Source of the DNA: Andalucia godoyi And28
Lineage: Eukaryota > Protista > Jakobida
Assembly: GCA_009859145.1 (NCBI GenBank)
Contig: VRVR01000007.1
Coordinates: 366,628-423,325, forward strand
Length of the DNA: 56,698 nucleotides
Direction of reading: 5' to 3'
A program made the position numbers and the translations under genes. Below the pieces are notes generated by a model that saw only the letters and a program-made list of their open reading frames with translations, did no database searches and was not told where the DNA came from. Shown here piece by piece: positions 41,027-51,624 of this stretch (positions are counted from its first letter, which is position 1; every line of letters starts with the position of its first letter).

Positions 41027-43261
41027 TCAGTCTGCTTCGCTTGAAACATCAGGGGCACGATCGGGATTGGCCCCGAGAAAGTCCTCTTCATTCAACGGCT
41101 CTCGAGGAGCAGTGATAGGAGTAGGGATAGTCAGAGCCGCCGTCACGATCCGTTGTCGATCAATCTCGGCGACAGAAATACCACTGATGGCACTGGCAGT
41201 CGCATCCTTCAGCTGTTTCACAAGAGATTCGATCTGAGCATTCAGGTCGGGACCAAAGGCGTCCACGCGGATGTGAAGTGGCAATTCCTCAACCACATCT
41301 TCTGCGTATTTCCGAATGAACTCAACGACACCCTTCGACAGAAACGGGTGGAGAAATCTCTTTGAAAACTTCGAGACTGCAGCAACGTTTTGCACCGTCA
41401 AGCAGCCAAGTATGTCCAGAACAACAAGGAAACTTAGAGTTGGAATCGCAAATTGCGACGCAAACAACAGCAGCTCCATGGCAGACTCCACATGCTGCAC
41501 CTCCACCGAGTCAGTATAGCAGAAATAGATGAACGACAGCACCGACGGGAACGACATGGAAAACTGACCTGCACAGTCTATCCGCAAGCATCCTGGTAGG
41601 GCCAGCATACGAGTGCCACACTCGATTGCCAACCGATGAAACAAGGGCGATCTTGCATATATTATATCGCCGTGAGCTAGGAGAGAGATGGAGCCATCAA
41701 CGTTCTTGACGATTTTGTCACTGACAACAGCTGATTTCAACCACGAAACATCGATGCCATGGACGACGCGTTCTGCAGGCAGACGAAACTCGAGATCATA
41801 CGGGACGATGCTCCCATTAAGAAGAGAAATATCATCCACCAGTTCCCGACCACTGGGAGCGTCTGGCAACAACGCAAGAATTCCTGATGCTTGCGCTCGC
41901 TCCAACAGCATCGGTGATGCAGTCATCGCCATTAAGACCCGTCGCAACGATGTCATCCGGTGTACCAATGCCACCAGCTTTTTCGGTTCGTCCTTTCGGA
42001 GCGCATGAAGAATGGTCCAAAGCAGGAAAACGCGAACCTCGGGAAACATGCTGCTGTCGCCGCCAGAAGCAACCAGCGGCCTAATAATCGGGGCTAGTTC
42101 ATTAGAGTCGATACCCCACTCGTGGTCTCTCCCAGCGTCATTCTCCGTAACAAACCTGCGAAAATGGGGCAGAACTTGTCTCAAAAAGTCAAGCTCTTCT
42201 AATGTACAATGCGGCATGATGAAGCAGGTGAATAGGAAAATGGAGAACTTCGAACCGTGGTAACCAGGCTTTGACATGAGAGCATGGATGAGTTGAACTA
42301 ATAGCTGCAAGTCGCAGTATCGAGCGCACTCTTTTCGGGCAGCAGGGGAAATAAGCACCATTTCCGCAAGGGCGCCACAGGCTTTGTGGTGATTTGGGAC
42401 CGTTTGAATCGGGCGTTGCTGCATCAGCGGCGTATAGTCTCGCAACGTCTCTTCGACCAGTTGCTGATCGAAGATTGTCATGAACAGTTGCCGGTGTATG
42501 CCATGCCGCAGAAACAGTTCAACGCCCTCGGGAAAGCAGCAGCAATTCCAGATTGCACTCAGCAAGCACGGGAGCTCTGCAGATCTGTTGTTGAATATTT
42601 GAATCAGCTCATGGATGATGCCGTCCCGCATGAGATCTCGGAAGATCATCGGGGAACGCACCAGAGCACGGATCAGCCAAATGCTGAGCGATCGGAATGT
42701 CTGATCGTCTGCCTTTAGCCAAGCACGCAGTCGCTCTTGAAATCCGGGAGCGCAAAAACACGTGACACGGCCAACCTCATCGCCTGCATCGATTAGCAGA
42801 ATCCACAACTGGATAACAATCGAAAGCTCCCTGCGGTACACGATCTGCGTAGTGCTTGGGGGCAGCTGAATTTGCTGCTGTCGTGCAAAGCTCGCAGTCG
42901 GATCATCAATGCACCTAAACTCCCAGTTTGTAATTGTCACCAGCGATTGAAATGTTTTTGATTCTAGAAACGGCTTGACAAACACGGGGTCCGAAACGAT
43001 GCTGCGAATGCAAGCTTCTGCAAAAGCACGTGTTGTGCTGACATTGCACGACAAGTCGGCAGCAAGCTTGTCCTCGTTGAAGATGCCTTTTGAAACAAGA
43101 AATTGTCGAAAGGCCCGAGAAGATATCGATGGATCCTGCAGCATTCGATGCAGAGTTTGGATGGAAAGCTGATTGTTGGATCCAATCGACCGCAGCGCAT
43201 CCAGAATCACTCCTCGATCCGTCTGGTTTAATTGGAAAGATGATTCATCGTCAGTCGACAT
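41027..43261 (-). CDS. Armadillo-repeat plus BTB/POZ protein
   Basis: ARM-like helical repeats, followed by HGDIIYARSPLFHRL...LSFIYFCYTDSV...AMELLLFASQFAIPTL (BTB). Likely ATG at 43261. Confidence 0.75.
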   Translation of the reverse strand: MSTDDESSFQLNQTDRGVILDALRSIGSNNQLSIQTLHRMLQDPSISSRAFRQFLVSKGIFNEDKLAADLSCNVSTTRAFAEACIRSIVSDPVFVKPFLESKTFQSLVTITNWEFRCIDDPTASFARQQQIQLPPSTTQIVYRRELSIVIQLWILLIDAGDEVGRVTCFCAPGFQERLRAWLKADDQTFRSLSIWLIRALVRSPMIFRDLMRDGIIHELIQIFNNRSAELPCLLSAIWNCCCFPEGVELFLRHGIHRQLFMTIFDQQLVEETLRDYTPLMQQRPIQTVPNHHKACGALAEMVLISPAARKECARYCDLQLLVQLIHALMSKPGYHGSKFSIFLFTCFIMPHCTLEELDFLRQVLPHFRRFVTENDAGRDHEWGIDSNELAPIIRPLVASGGDSSMFPEVRVFLLWTILHALRKDEPKKLVALVHRMTSLRRVLMAMTASPMLLERAQASGILALLPDAPSGRELVDDISLLNGSIVPYDLEFRLPAERVVHGIDVSWLKSAVVSDKIVKNVDGSISLLAHGDIIYARSPLFHRLAIECGTRMLALPGCLRIDCAGQFSMSFPSVLSFIYFCYTDSVEVQHVESAMELLLFASQFAIPTLSFLVVLDILGCLTVQNVAAVSKFSKRFLHPFLSKGVVEFIRKYAEDVVEELPLHIRVDAFGPDLNAQIESLVKQLKDATASAISGISVAEIDRQRIVTAALTIPTPITAPREPLNEEDFLGANPDRAPDVSSEAD

Positions 43262-43816
43262 TCTCTTTGTCTTTTTCTTCCTCCGTTCAATCGTTGTTTC
43301 GCGAAACTGGAGCACTGAACAGACCCTTGGAGATGATTCTTCTTCTTGCCCTTCTTTTTTTTTCCTTTCTTCTCTCTCTCTCTCTCTCTCTTTTCTTTCT
43401 TTCTTGAATAAATGAAGGAAAAAGTTACTGGAAAAACAGGACAACGGCAACTCGGATAGCTCAGGAACAGCAGAAATCAAAACAAACCAACAAAAACAAC
43501 AGCTACAACAATAACCACCACCACCTAGGATAAATCAACCAAGGGGATAGAGATGTTAAATAAAATAAAAAACGATTCTACCACAAAGATCCACTAAACA
43601 ATGTGCAACGACGATGGCATTGAATATTGTCGTCAACAACAACAACAACAACACCAACAACAACACCAGCACCCAACAGCCACACCAACAACAACGGCAG
43701 CAACAAGTGAGGGGAAAAAAAGAAGAAAATCACAGGGAGACGAGAATGGGGAGACGAGAACAGGAAGTCAAGGAAAACCATCACTTGTTTTTCCCTCCAA
43801 TCCGCGTGGTGCACGA

Positions 43817-43857
43817 TGTGTGTGTGTGTGTGTGTGTGGTGTGTGTGTGTGTGTGTG
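43817..43857. repeat. (GT)n microsatellite
   Basis: Read directly; an (AAC)n tract also lies at about 43634-43665. Confidence 0.9.
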
Positions 43858-44176
43858 AAAAACTTGTGGACACACGATGGCGACAATTTCCTCCATTCTG
43901 TCCGTGAGTCTCTGTGACACACTTGAAGTTTGGCAAAAGAGAATATGCGCTGGTACAGCCGATCGGCCTGTTGTAAAAAAAAAAAGCAGAAACCTCGGGG
44001 TACCTGCCGAAAGCTTTGCAGTTCGCTGCCTGAAGTCCAGGACCGCCTTTTCGAAAATTCTTCTTCTTCTTCTTCTTTTTATTGATTGTTGCTTTGTTCC
44101 TCTCTTTGTTCCTTCTTCTGTTTGTGGCGTTGTAGCTTAAAATCCTAAGAAGAAAACAACCAAACGGAACAGAGGA

Positions 44177-45010
44177 ATGGATCCAAATCAAGCAAAAGAG
44201 AACTCCGTTGCCCATGACGGCAGCCACGCAAACGGCGATGACGAGCTGGATGCACTCAAATCTCATTTGCATGAGCTTGAAGAAGAGTATGCAAAGCTGC
44301 GCGAGACGATGGAAGGATCCATAGAGGGCGATGCGGCTGGTGCAGTCTCTGGCGGGGACAGTGCACTATCTGGTTCTGCATCGTCTGGAGCGGGGGCAGT
44401 GGGATCTGGAGCAGCGGCGAGTCTGAGTGCTGGGGGCTCTTCTGCTTCCGCCTCTGCTGGGCCGATTTCGCAGTCGGATGAAGTGGATATGCGCTCGGTG
44501 TATGTAGGAAATGTAGACTATTCGGTGACTCCGGAAGAGCTTCAGAAGCACTTTGCATCGTGCGGGTCGATTGCGCGGGTGACCATTCTCTGCGACAAGT
44601 TTACGGGTCATCCGAAAGGCTTTGCGTACATTGAGTTTGAAAGTGCAGACTCGATCAAGGCTGCTGTGGAGATTTCCGGATCGACGCTCAAGGGCCGTGA
44701 GATCAAGGTGAATCCCAAACGAACGAATGTGCGCGGAATGGCCGGTGCGCGAGGTGGAAGAGGTGGGTTCATGGGTGCAAGAGGAGGCAGAGGTGCTCCC
44801 GGAGCCGCTGGCAGCGGGATGGGCATGGGCATGGGCATGGGCATGCGTGGGGGTGGAGGCGGAATGATGATGCCCATGATGATGCCGATGGGAATGATGC
44901 CGATGGGAATGATGCCGTATGGCTCAGCTCCCGTCAGAGGATTTGCACCCCGTGGGGGTCGTGGTGGAAGAGGAGGACGCGGGAGCCGCGGGTCTGGTGC
45001 GCCGTACTAG
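44177..45010 (+). CDS. PABPN1: Nuclear poly(A)-binding protein PABPN1/PABN
   Basis: Acidic coiled coil, then [26 protein letters not shown]...[20 protein letters not shown]...KRTN; RGG/Met-rich tail. Confidence 0.95.
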   Translation: MDPNQAKENSVAHDGSHANGDDELDALKSHLHELEEEYAKLRETMEGSIEGDAAGAVSGGDSALSGSASSGAGAVGSGAAASLSAGGSSASASAGPISQSDEVDMRSVYVGNVDYSVTPEELQKHFASCGSIARVTILCDKFTGHPKGFAYIEFESADSIKAAVEISGSTLKGREIKVNPKRTNVRGMAGARGGRGGFMGARGGRGAPGAAGSGMGMGMGMGMRGGGGGMMMPMMMPMGMMPMGMMPYGSAPVRGFAPRGGRGGRGGRGSRGSGAPY

Positions 45011-45716
45011 AATTTTTTGGCAGAAAGAGCCACCCTCTCATTCTTCTTTTGATCTGCCCACGACGAACTAAACGAAGCAAGATTGACGATTCCCTAGGAT
45101 GAAAAAGAAGGAAGAAAAGGAGAAGGGAGAAATATTGGCTTCTTTTTTTATCTTTCCATTTTTCTTTTCTTTTCTTTTCTTCTTTTTAATTTGCCAAAAT
45201 TAATGGTATTCTTTTTGTTTTTGTTATTGATGTGTGGATTGTACAGGTGTAAAACTTTGTTCGACTCTCAGGACTGGCCCTCAGCGCCTGGGTTTTTCGT
45301 TTTTCCTTCGGCTTTTGTCGGAAGACCGCCATCGAGTTTGCCGTCCACGATCGAATCATTTTTGGAAACCGACCATCCGTTCTTCCGTCAGGTCGACAGC
45401 GGCCATGACCAGCAAGGTGCTTGTCCACGATGGGACTCGGTCGATCGAAACTACCGCGCCATGGACTCCGTGGAGAGCAACGACATCCAGTGCGCAATCC
45501 GCAACCGAAACGCCAAGAAGTTCCTTGGAATCAACATTGTCTTAAAAAAAGAAAACAAAAAGGTAGGATAAAAAAAGAATGTGGGCTTTCCAACCCATGC
45601 TTTTGGTTCGTCATCGTATTGTATTTCCAAAATCCCCATGTTTTTTAACAAGTAAAAACAAGCAGCCGAACAATCAAATCAGCCTCTCATCTCGTCTCGC
45701 TCACTCACTCACTCAC

Positions 45717-46331
45717 TCACAAGAGAAGGAGGCTGGAGAGGATGGAAATGAGGAGGAGCACGTGCGTGACTGCAGGGGACGGGAAGCGAGGCGGGGCGGC
45801 GCTGGTGGGCGCGGCTTCGATCTCAGGCATTGCCGACGAGTGGTGGTGCATGATTTTCCACATGCCGTCCGCGTATGTGTAGACATAGGTGTACCTCGCA
45901 ACGACGTCGTGGTACTTGCCGTCGTATCCCATGAGCCCAAAAGTGTACACGCCGAGGTCGATGGATGTGTTGCAGCCCGGGTAAAAGTACCGCGTGTTCA
46001 CCATTCCATATGGCTTCTTCTTGAGAAACATGGTGAAGTAGTCCTCGATGAGCGCTGGAGTGTTCCGGGGTGCATTCGAGACTGTCGCAAGCAAGACTGC
46101 GTTTGGCCAGTACAGTTCCGCCATCTTCGTTGCATTCAGCGTCTGCAGCGTGTCGTTCCACTGCTTAAAAAACCCTGCCATCCGCGTCTCATTGACCTGC
46201 ACACACGTCGCGTCAAAGTGCACCTCGGCCCTTGCACTCGGAACGACCAGCAGTCCAGCCGCAGCCAGCGCCATCACCACAACCACAACCAGCTGCAGCG
46301 ACTCTCCTTTACCCCTTCTCTCGCTCATCAT
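45717..46331 (-). CDS. Iota-class carbonic anhydrase-like (COG4875/CaMKII-association-fold) protein with signal peptide and GPI-type tail
   Basis: FKQWN..L...Y...AVLLATVSN..R....I.DYF..FL..KP...RYTYVY...WKIMHHHSSAMPE; hydrophobic N-terminus ending ..SARA; C-terminal hydrophobic stretch. Confidence 0.8.
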   Translation of the reverse strand: MMSERRGKGESLQLVVVVVMALAAAGLLVVPSARAEVHFDATCVQVNETRMAGFFKQWNDTLQTLNATKMAELYWPNAVLLATVSNAPRNTPALIEDYFTMFLKKKPYGMVNTRYFYPGCNTSIDLGVYTFGLMGYDGKYHDVVARYTYVYTYADGMWKIMHHHSSAMPEIEAAPTSAAPPRFPSPAVTHVLLLISILSSLLLL

Positions 46332-46837
46332 TCTCTTGTTTCTTTTATTTTCCTCAGCGCCTTTTTTTTTGTGCACAGAATAAGCTTCCAGATCCATTCC
46401 ACACTCTCAGACCGCTCTTCTTTTTTTTAATCCGCGAAAACCGACGAATTTCCTTCCGTCGTAGTTCTTGTTTTTTTGCATCAGCCCCACTGTTGCATCA
46501 CCTGATGCTTCCTCTTTTCCCGCAAACCGTCTCCCTCTTTCTGGAAAAGCACAAGAGAAGAGACTAGCATCAAAAGGTGACCAGCATCAAGACTGACGAA
46601 CGGAAACCGCAAAGGAAACCCCCGTTTTTCTGCTGATTGGGAAAACACAAAAAGGCAGGATTGCGCGAGAAAATCGCCTTCTCCACTCCTTGCTAAGGGG
46701 GGTTTTAATTTTATTTTTAAAAAATTAAAAAAAAAATTGGTTTTGTTATCACATCCGACTGTGCATTGTCGAGTCTGTTCCTTTATTGCCAGTTTCCACA
46801 GTTCTGCTTCCGTTATTCTGTACCCGAGGCAGTATTA

Positions 46838-48565
46838 ATGTCTTCTCGTTTCAAGTTCAATCTTGCTGCTGCAGAGTATCCCGTGCCTGGAGCCAATCCC
46901 GGAGCGGCGTCTGCTCCCGCTCCCGCGCCGGCACCTACCTCAGTTTCAGCTGCAGCGCCAGAGCCAGTGGATGCAACCGATCGTCTTGCAGAGTCCATGG
47001 AACAGACGGCGGTTTCATCTTCGGAATCCCCCGTTTCTCCTGGTCCTCCGACCGCTGTTTCTCCAACGGAGACGGCTGCACCTGTACCTACACGTTCTTG
47101 CACACTGACGTCGACATCCGATGCTGCGCCCTCGCCAAAGACAAAACAACCGACGACCTCGCATCTTGATCTTGCTGGAGGGGAAGACGAGATCGAAGCG
47201 GATGAACCATCCACTCCCGTGAAGCAGGCTCCCAAGATCACTCCCGGGAAAAGGACTATGAACATCGTTTTCATTGGCCACGTTGATGCAGGAAAGTCCA
47301 CTACTTCGGGACACATTATGTATCTGATGGGAAATGTGGACGAGCGTACGCTTGAGCGATACGAGCGCGAAGCAAAAGCTAGGAATCGCGAGTCCTGGAA
47401 GTACGCGTGGGTGATCGATACAAATGAAGAAGAGCGCGATCGTGGCAAGACAGTTGAGGTTGGCCACGCGCACTTTGAGACCGAAAAGACCCATTACACC
47501 ATCTTGGATGCACCTGGGCACAAGGCATTTGTTCCGCACATGATTGGTGGAGCGTCACAGGCAGATGTTGCGGTGCTCGTCATTTCTGCTCGTGCAGGAG
47601 AGTTTGAGGCTGGATTCGACCGTGGCGGCCAGACGCGTGAGCATGTCATGCTGGCCAAGACAGCAGGTGTTCGGCATTTGATCATTGCAATCAACAAGAT
47701 GGACGACCCGACCGTCATGTGGTCCAAGGAGAGATATGATTCTTGTGTGGAGAAGCTCGTTCCATTTGTCCGATCTATCGGTTTCAATCCAAAGGATATC
47801 AACATTTTGCCGATTGCAGGTCTTGCGGGACTGAATCTCAAGGATCGTCTGCCTGCGGGCGTATTTCCGTCGTACGATGGTCCGTCGCTTATCGAAGTCC
47901 TCGAGAATCTCAAGGCTCCTGAGCGCTTGGTGAATGCTCCGGTTCGATTCGTGGTCACGGAAAAGTACAAGGAAATGGGAGGCTCCATGGTGCTTGGAAA
48001 ATTGGAAACGGGTGTGATCACTGTTGGAAAGAAACTGATGGTCAATCCCACGGGCGCTCCTTGCGAGGTGTTTGGAATCTTTATTGACACGAACGAAATT
48101 TTGCAGGCCGAACCTGGTGATAATGTCCGTTTGGGCTTGAAGGGCGTTGATGTGGACGATCTGCATGCAGGATACGTCCTGACTTCCCCAGAATATGTGA
48201 TGCCTGCAGTGACGAAGTTTGAGGCGCAGCTCATGTTGCTCGACTGCAAGAACATCATTTCTGCTGGATACACATGCATGCTTCACATTCACTCTGCTGT
48301 TTCGGAATGCACCCTGTCAACACTTGTGATGACATTGGACAAGAAGACAAAAGAACCACTGGTGAAGAAACCAAAATTCCTGAAGACGGGAGACACTGCG
48401 ATAGTTCGAATTGAAGTTCCGCAAAGCATCTGTATGGAGTCATTCCAAACGCTGGACAAGCTTGGGCGATTCATGTTGCGCGACGAAGGAAAGACGATCG
48501 GTATCGGAGTTGTCACGAAATTGCCCAAGTCTGTGGTTGGCGGTGGTGCCTCGCAAGCCGAATAA
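46838..48565 (+). CDS. GSPT1: Eukaryotic peptide chain release factor eRF3 (SUP35/GSPT)
   Basis: N-terminal PAM2-like FNLAAAEYPVP; GHVDAGKST, ERDRGKTVEVG, DAPGH, NKMD; RDEGKTIGIG. Confidence 0.95.
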   Translation: MSSRFKFNLAAAEYPVPGANPGAASAPAPAPAPTSVSAAAPEPVDATDRLAESMEQTAVSSSESPVSPGPPTAVSPTETAAPVPTRSCTLTSTSDAAPSPKTKQPTTSHLDLAGGEDEIEADEPSTPVKQAPKITPGKRTMNIVFIGHVDAGKSTTSGHIMYLMGNVDERTLERYEREAKARNRESWKYAWVIDTNEEERDRGKTVEVGHAHFETEKTHYTILDAPGHKAFVPHMIGGASQADVAVLVISARAGEFEAGFDRGGQTREHVMLAKTAGVRHLIIAINKMDDPTVMWSKERYDSCVEKLVPFVRSIGFNPKDINILPIAGLAGLNLKDRLPAGVFPSYDGPSLIEVLENLKAPERLVNAPVRFVVTEKYKEMGGSMVLGKLETGVITVGKKLMVNPTGAPCEVFGIFIDTNEILQAEPGDNVRLGLKGVDVDDLHAGYVLTSPEYVMPAVTKFEAQLMLLDCKNIISAGYTCMLHIHSAVSECTLSTLVMTLDKKTKEPLVKKPKFLKTGDTAIVRIEVPQSICMESFQTLDKLGRFMLRDEGKTIGIGVVTKLPKSVVGGGASQAE

Positions 48566-48818
48566 TATGCTGTTTTCCACAACGAGTGACTGTATCATAA
48601 TAATTTTAATTAAAATAAAAAAAAGGTGTTTTTCAAGGAGGTTTGATCAGTTTGCTGGCGTCTTTTCTTTCTCTTTTTGCGTGTCCTTCCTCCTCCCCCG
48701 CTTCTGCCACCAGCAGCGTTTTTTTTCAGGAATTTATTTTTTTCTCTTTAATTGAAAAAAAAAAGAAGAGAGAGAGAGAGAGAGAAACAAAGACGAAGAA
48801 GAAGAGAATGCTGATTGT

Positions 48819-49901
48819 CTAACAGAATTTCCATCGGTTAAAGCAAACCATGCAACATACAAAGGTGGTCATCGGCTCATCGGCAGACCGCGTCTGCTTC
48901 TGTGTATAAGAACACTTTTTGTTCTTGCAACGAGAACATACAAACATGTCTGTCACGGTGCCATTGTTGCCCTCTCCTGCAAGAGCCTTGTGCAGATTCT
49001 TCTGTTTCAACTTGTCGTACTGTTTTCGCATCTCGTCATGGGCAAGCTCGGATGGATGCAGATTGATCAATTCCGACGGCAGCAAGTCCATGGTTTGAAT
49101 GCGGATACGAAGCTCGGGGTTTCTTGCAATATTTTTGCGAAGGCTCATGAATTTTGCTTGGTACTGGCGCGAATCCGATCCTAGACTCTTATACATCGCA
49201 TCCTCGATCGCACACGCATGCTGCAAACATTCCGCAGACAGCTGGTCTGTGTCCGCAGAACTCGACGATGCCTTCAGGTCTCCTTCGATGACTGAGTCAA
49301 AGATCGCCGGCTGGTCCAGTGCCTTGAACAGCTCTGCCCGATACGTGTTCCTTTGCAAATGTCCTTCCAAGAAATAGTCCCCCAAGATGGTCCTCAAGTT
49401 TCTTTCAGACGTCGTATCCAGCTGTTTCTTCTCTTCAAATGTCATGCTGCCAGTCTTGGATTTCTTCGGCGCCGCCTTTGTCTCTGTTTTGGCCTTTTCA
49501 CCCCCGTCTGCGGCACTGTTGGTCGGAGGCTCATCTTTCGATTCCGAAACCCCGCACTCCTTCATCCAATCCAACAACAAGGCCGACGCTTTCGCCGCAA
49601 CAACGCCGGACGAACTCTTCGACAGTGACTTCATGACCCGCCCTCCCTTTGACTCTCTCAGCAAGTCTCTGTCAACTTTGATTTTGGACAGCTGGTCCAA
49701 CACATCAAGTACAGTCTGCACGTCCGTGGATGCCGGTTCCGCCAGTTTCATGAACAGACGACAGTCTTCAATGTGCTTGACGAAGGAGGAGCTGTCCGGC
49801 AACTCCGAGTCTCCTAGTCTAATTTTCTTGGTGGCAGTTTCGTCCACCAAGTCTCCTGTATCCAACTCGCGCTTCATACGTTGTTCACTGTTCGACGGCA
49901 T
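48819..49901 (-). CDS. TCEA1: Transcription elongation factor TFIIS
   Basis: N-terminal LW-type domain; C-terminal Zn ribbon CSRC...QTRSADEPMTTF.CC.VC.NRWKFC. Start ambiguous (ATG at 49901 or 49877). Confidence 0.93.
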   Translation of the reverse strand: MPSNSEQRMKRELDTGDLVDETATKKIRLGDSELPDSSSFVKHIEDCRLFMKLAEPASTDVQTVLDVLDQLSKIKVDRDLLRESKGGRVMKSLSKSSSGVVAAKASALLLDWMKECGVSESKDEPPTNSAADGGEKAKTETKAAPKKSKTGSMTFEEKKQLDTTSERNLRTILGDYFLEGHLQRNTYRAELFKALDQPAIFDSVIEGDLKASSSSADTDQLSAECLQHACAIEDAMYKSLGSDSRQYQAKFMSLRKNIARNPELRIRIQTMDLLPSELINLHPSELAHDEMRKQYDKLKQKNLHKALAGEGNNGTVTDMFVCSRCKNKKCSYTQKQTRSADEPMTTFVCCMVCFNRWKFC

Positions 49902-50511
49902 AAGACGAGCAATGCGACGGAGAACAAGAAAACGAATGCACACACACACACACACACACACGCACCCACATTTCCTCCACTTCGGCTCCCCCAAAACTTT
50001 TTGGGCAGCTGTGTCCAACAACGGGTGCACCTGCGAAGTCGACACTTATCGAACAGTTCGGCGAGACCGCAAAAACAAAACCACAACAACAAAGCGACAC
50101 ATTATGGCTACGCTGCGTCGTTTTTATTTTCTCTTCCTCTGTCCCTTCTCCCAAACCCACCCGTTTCGATCAGTTTTCTCCAAGTGGAAGCGCCCTTAGC
50201 AGCCGCAAAAGGGAAAATCGCTGTTTCCCTGAGGGAATCCTGGGACGCGACCGTCTTCGAGTTGACGTATGCCCACTTCAACTCCGCAATCAGTTAGTAC
50301 GTCCAGATGCACCACAATTTTGTGCAGTTCCAGTTCAATCGCATCGGTTTGTTGTATCGTTTTGATGCTTTTCAGCCAGAAAAGATGTGCACAGGTCTCT
50401 CTTTTGCTTAAACCTTTCTTCTTCGTTCTCTTTTTTTCATTCTCGTTTTCTCATTCTCACACTGCTCAAAGGTCTTTCAATCTATTTTCATCAGTTTCCA
50501 ATCCAACAACA

Positions 50512-51624
50512 ATGACATATCATACTGCAGACGCTCCCATTATTCGACAGCCGGACAATGATTTGGTTGCCAACGACAACGAATTTGGAAGTGCTAAAGG
50601 TCTGAAGGCCGCTGGGTTGTCTGTCAAGGCACAACTTGCGCAGACTTTGGATTCTGTGCAAAACAAGGCCAAGTCGACTGCAGTTCGCATTCGGAACAAG
50701 GCCAATCAGACGCTGCCAGCAGTCAAGCAAATGTCGACGCAATTCTCTCCGTTGCACTCCCGAGAAGCAACGGATGCTGTTGGACCGGCGGCGGCGGCGG
50801 ACGTCCAGGCTGGAGCGATGCAAGAGAAGGAGACGTTCGAACGATTCGCACTGTTCATCCGATCTTCGCTGATGAAGACCTGGAACTTCACTCGCGAGCA
50901 ACTGGACTTTGCAGTACGCGTTGCCTGGGAGTCGTTCTTGTCTCTTCGCAACCAGTTCCAGCTTGCGATGGATGAGGCCGATGGAAAGATTGTCCTCGAA
51001 AAGAAGTCGTTCCTTGGCAAGTGGATGCCTGCGGAAAAACAGCGAGCGCGCATTGGGATGATCGCTCTGCAGACTGCACTCTTTATTGTTGCTTTGGCGA
51101 TCACCCGGAAGCTGCTCTTGCAGTTCGTGTTTCGAAAGGGCGCTGTCTTCCGAGCACTTCTTCGTGCCGGTCAGTTCCAGTTCTTCATCTCGGCGCTGCG
51201 GTCATCCATCAGCGCCGTCTTTGGCAAACTGAACATATTTTCAGGTTCGTCCTTGGCCCAAAGCGCAAACTTGCTGATCCAGAAGAGCTCCGATATCTCG
51301 GATGCTGTGACAGACAATGTCATGGACAAGATGGCCCAAGCGGGTGCAGTGGGGCTCTCTTCTGCGGCGACTGCTGCTGCAGGTGCCTCCAAGTCCATCT
51401 CCAAAGTGCATGGCGTTGCCGACAGTCTTGCGTTTAATCTCAGCAAGAAGGCTACCAAGGCGGCTGCCGGCGGCGGTGCGTCGCTTCCGGAATTTGGCCA
51501 GTCTGCACTCATGAGTGCTTCGAAGGACGCCATTGCGAGCGGAACAAGCTGGGTGCCGTCTGCTGGTCAGATCGCCATGAAAGCCGCCGATATTCTTCCG
51601 TCCGCGACCCTCCGCTCCAAGTGA
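50512..51624 (+). CDS. Hypothetical protein, Ala/Ser-rich and amphipathic with one hydrophobic segment
   Basis: Open frame with coding-like bias, ATG at 50512, TGA at 51624. An upstream in-frame exon is possible. No family recognised. Confidence 0.75.
   Translation: MTYHTADAPIIRQPDNDLVANDNEFGSAKGLKAAGLSVKAQLAQTLDSVQNKAKSTAVRIRNKANQTLPAVKQMSTQFSPLHSREATDAVGPAAAADVQAGAMQEKETFERFALFIRSSLMKTWNFTREQLDFAVRVAWESFLSLRNQFQLAMDEADGKIVLEKKSFLGKWMPAEKQRARIGMIALQTALFIVALAITRKLLLQFVFRKGAVFRALLRAGQFQFFISALRSSISAVFGKLNIFSGSSLAQSANLLIQKSSDISDAVTDNVMDKMAQAGAVGLSSAATAAAGASKSISKVHGVADSLAFNLSKKATKAAAGGGASLPEFGQSALMSASKDAIASGTSWVPSAGQIAMKAADILPSATLRSK

Noticed and set aside
47940-47951. tRNA/B-box-like GGTTCGATTC
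   Set aside because: It lies inside the eRF3 coding sequence, with no cloverleaf.
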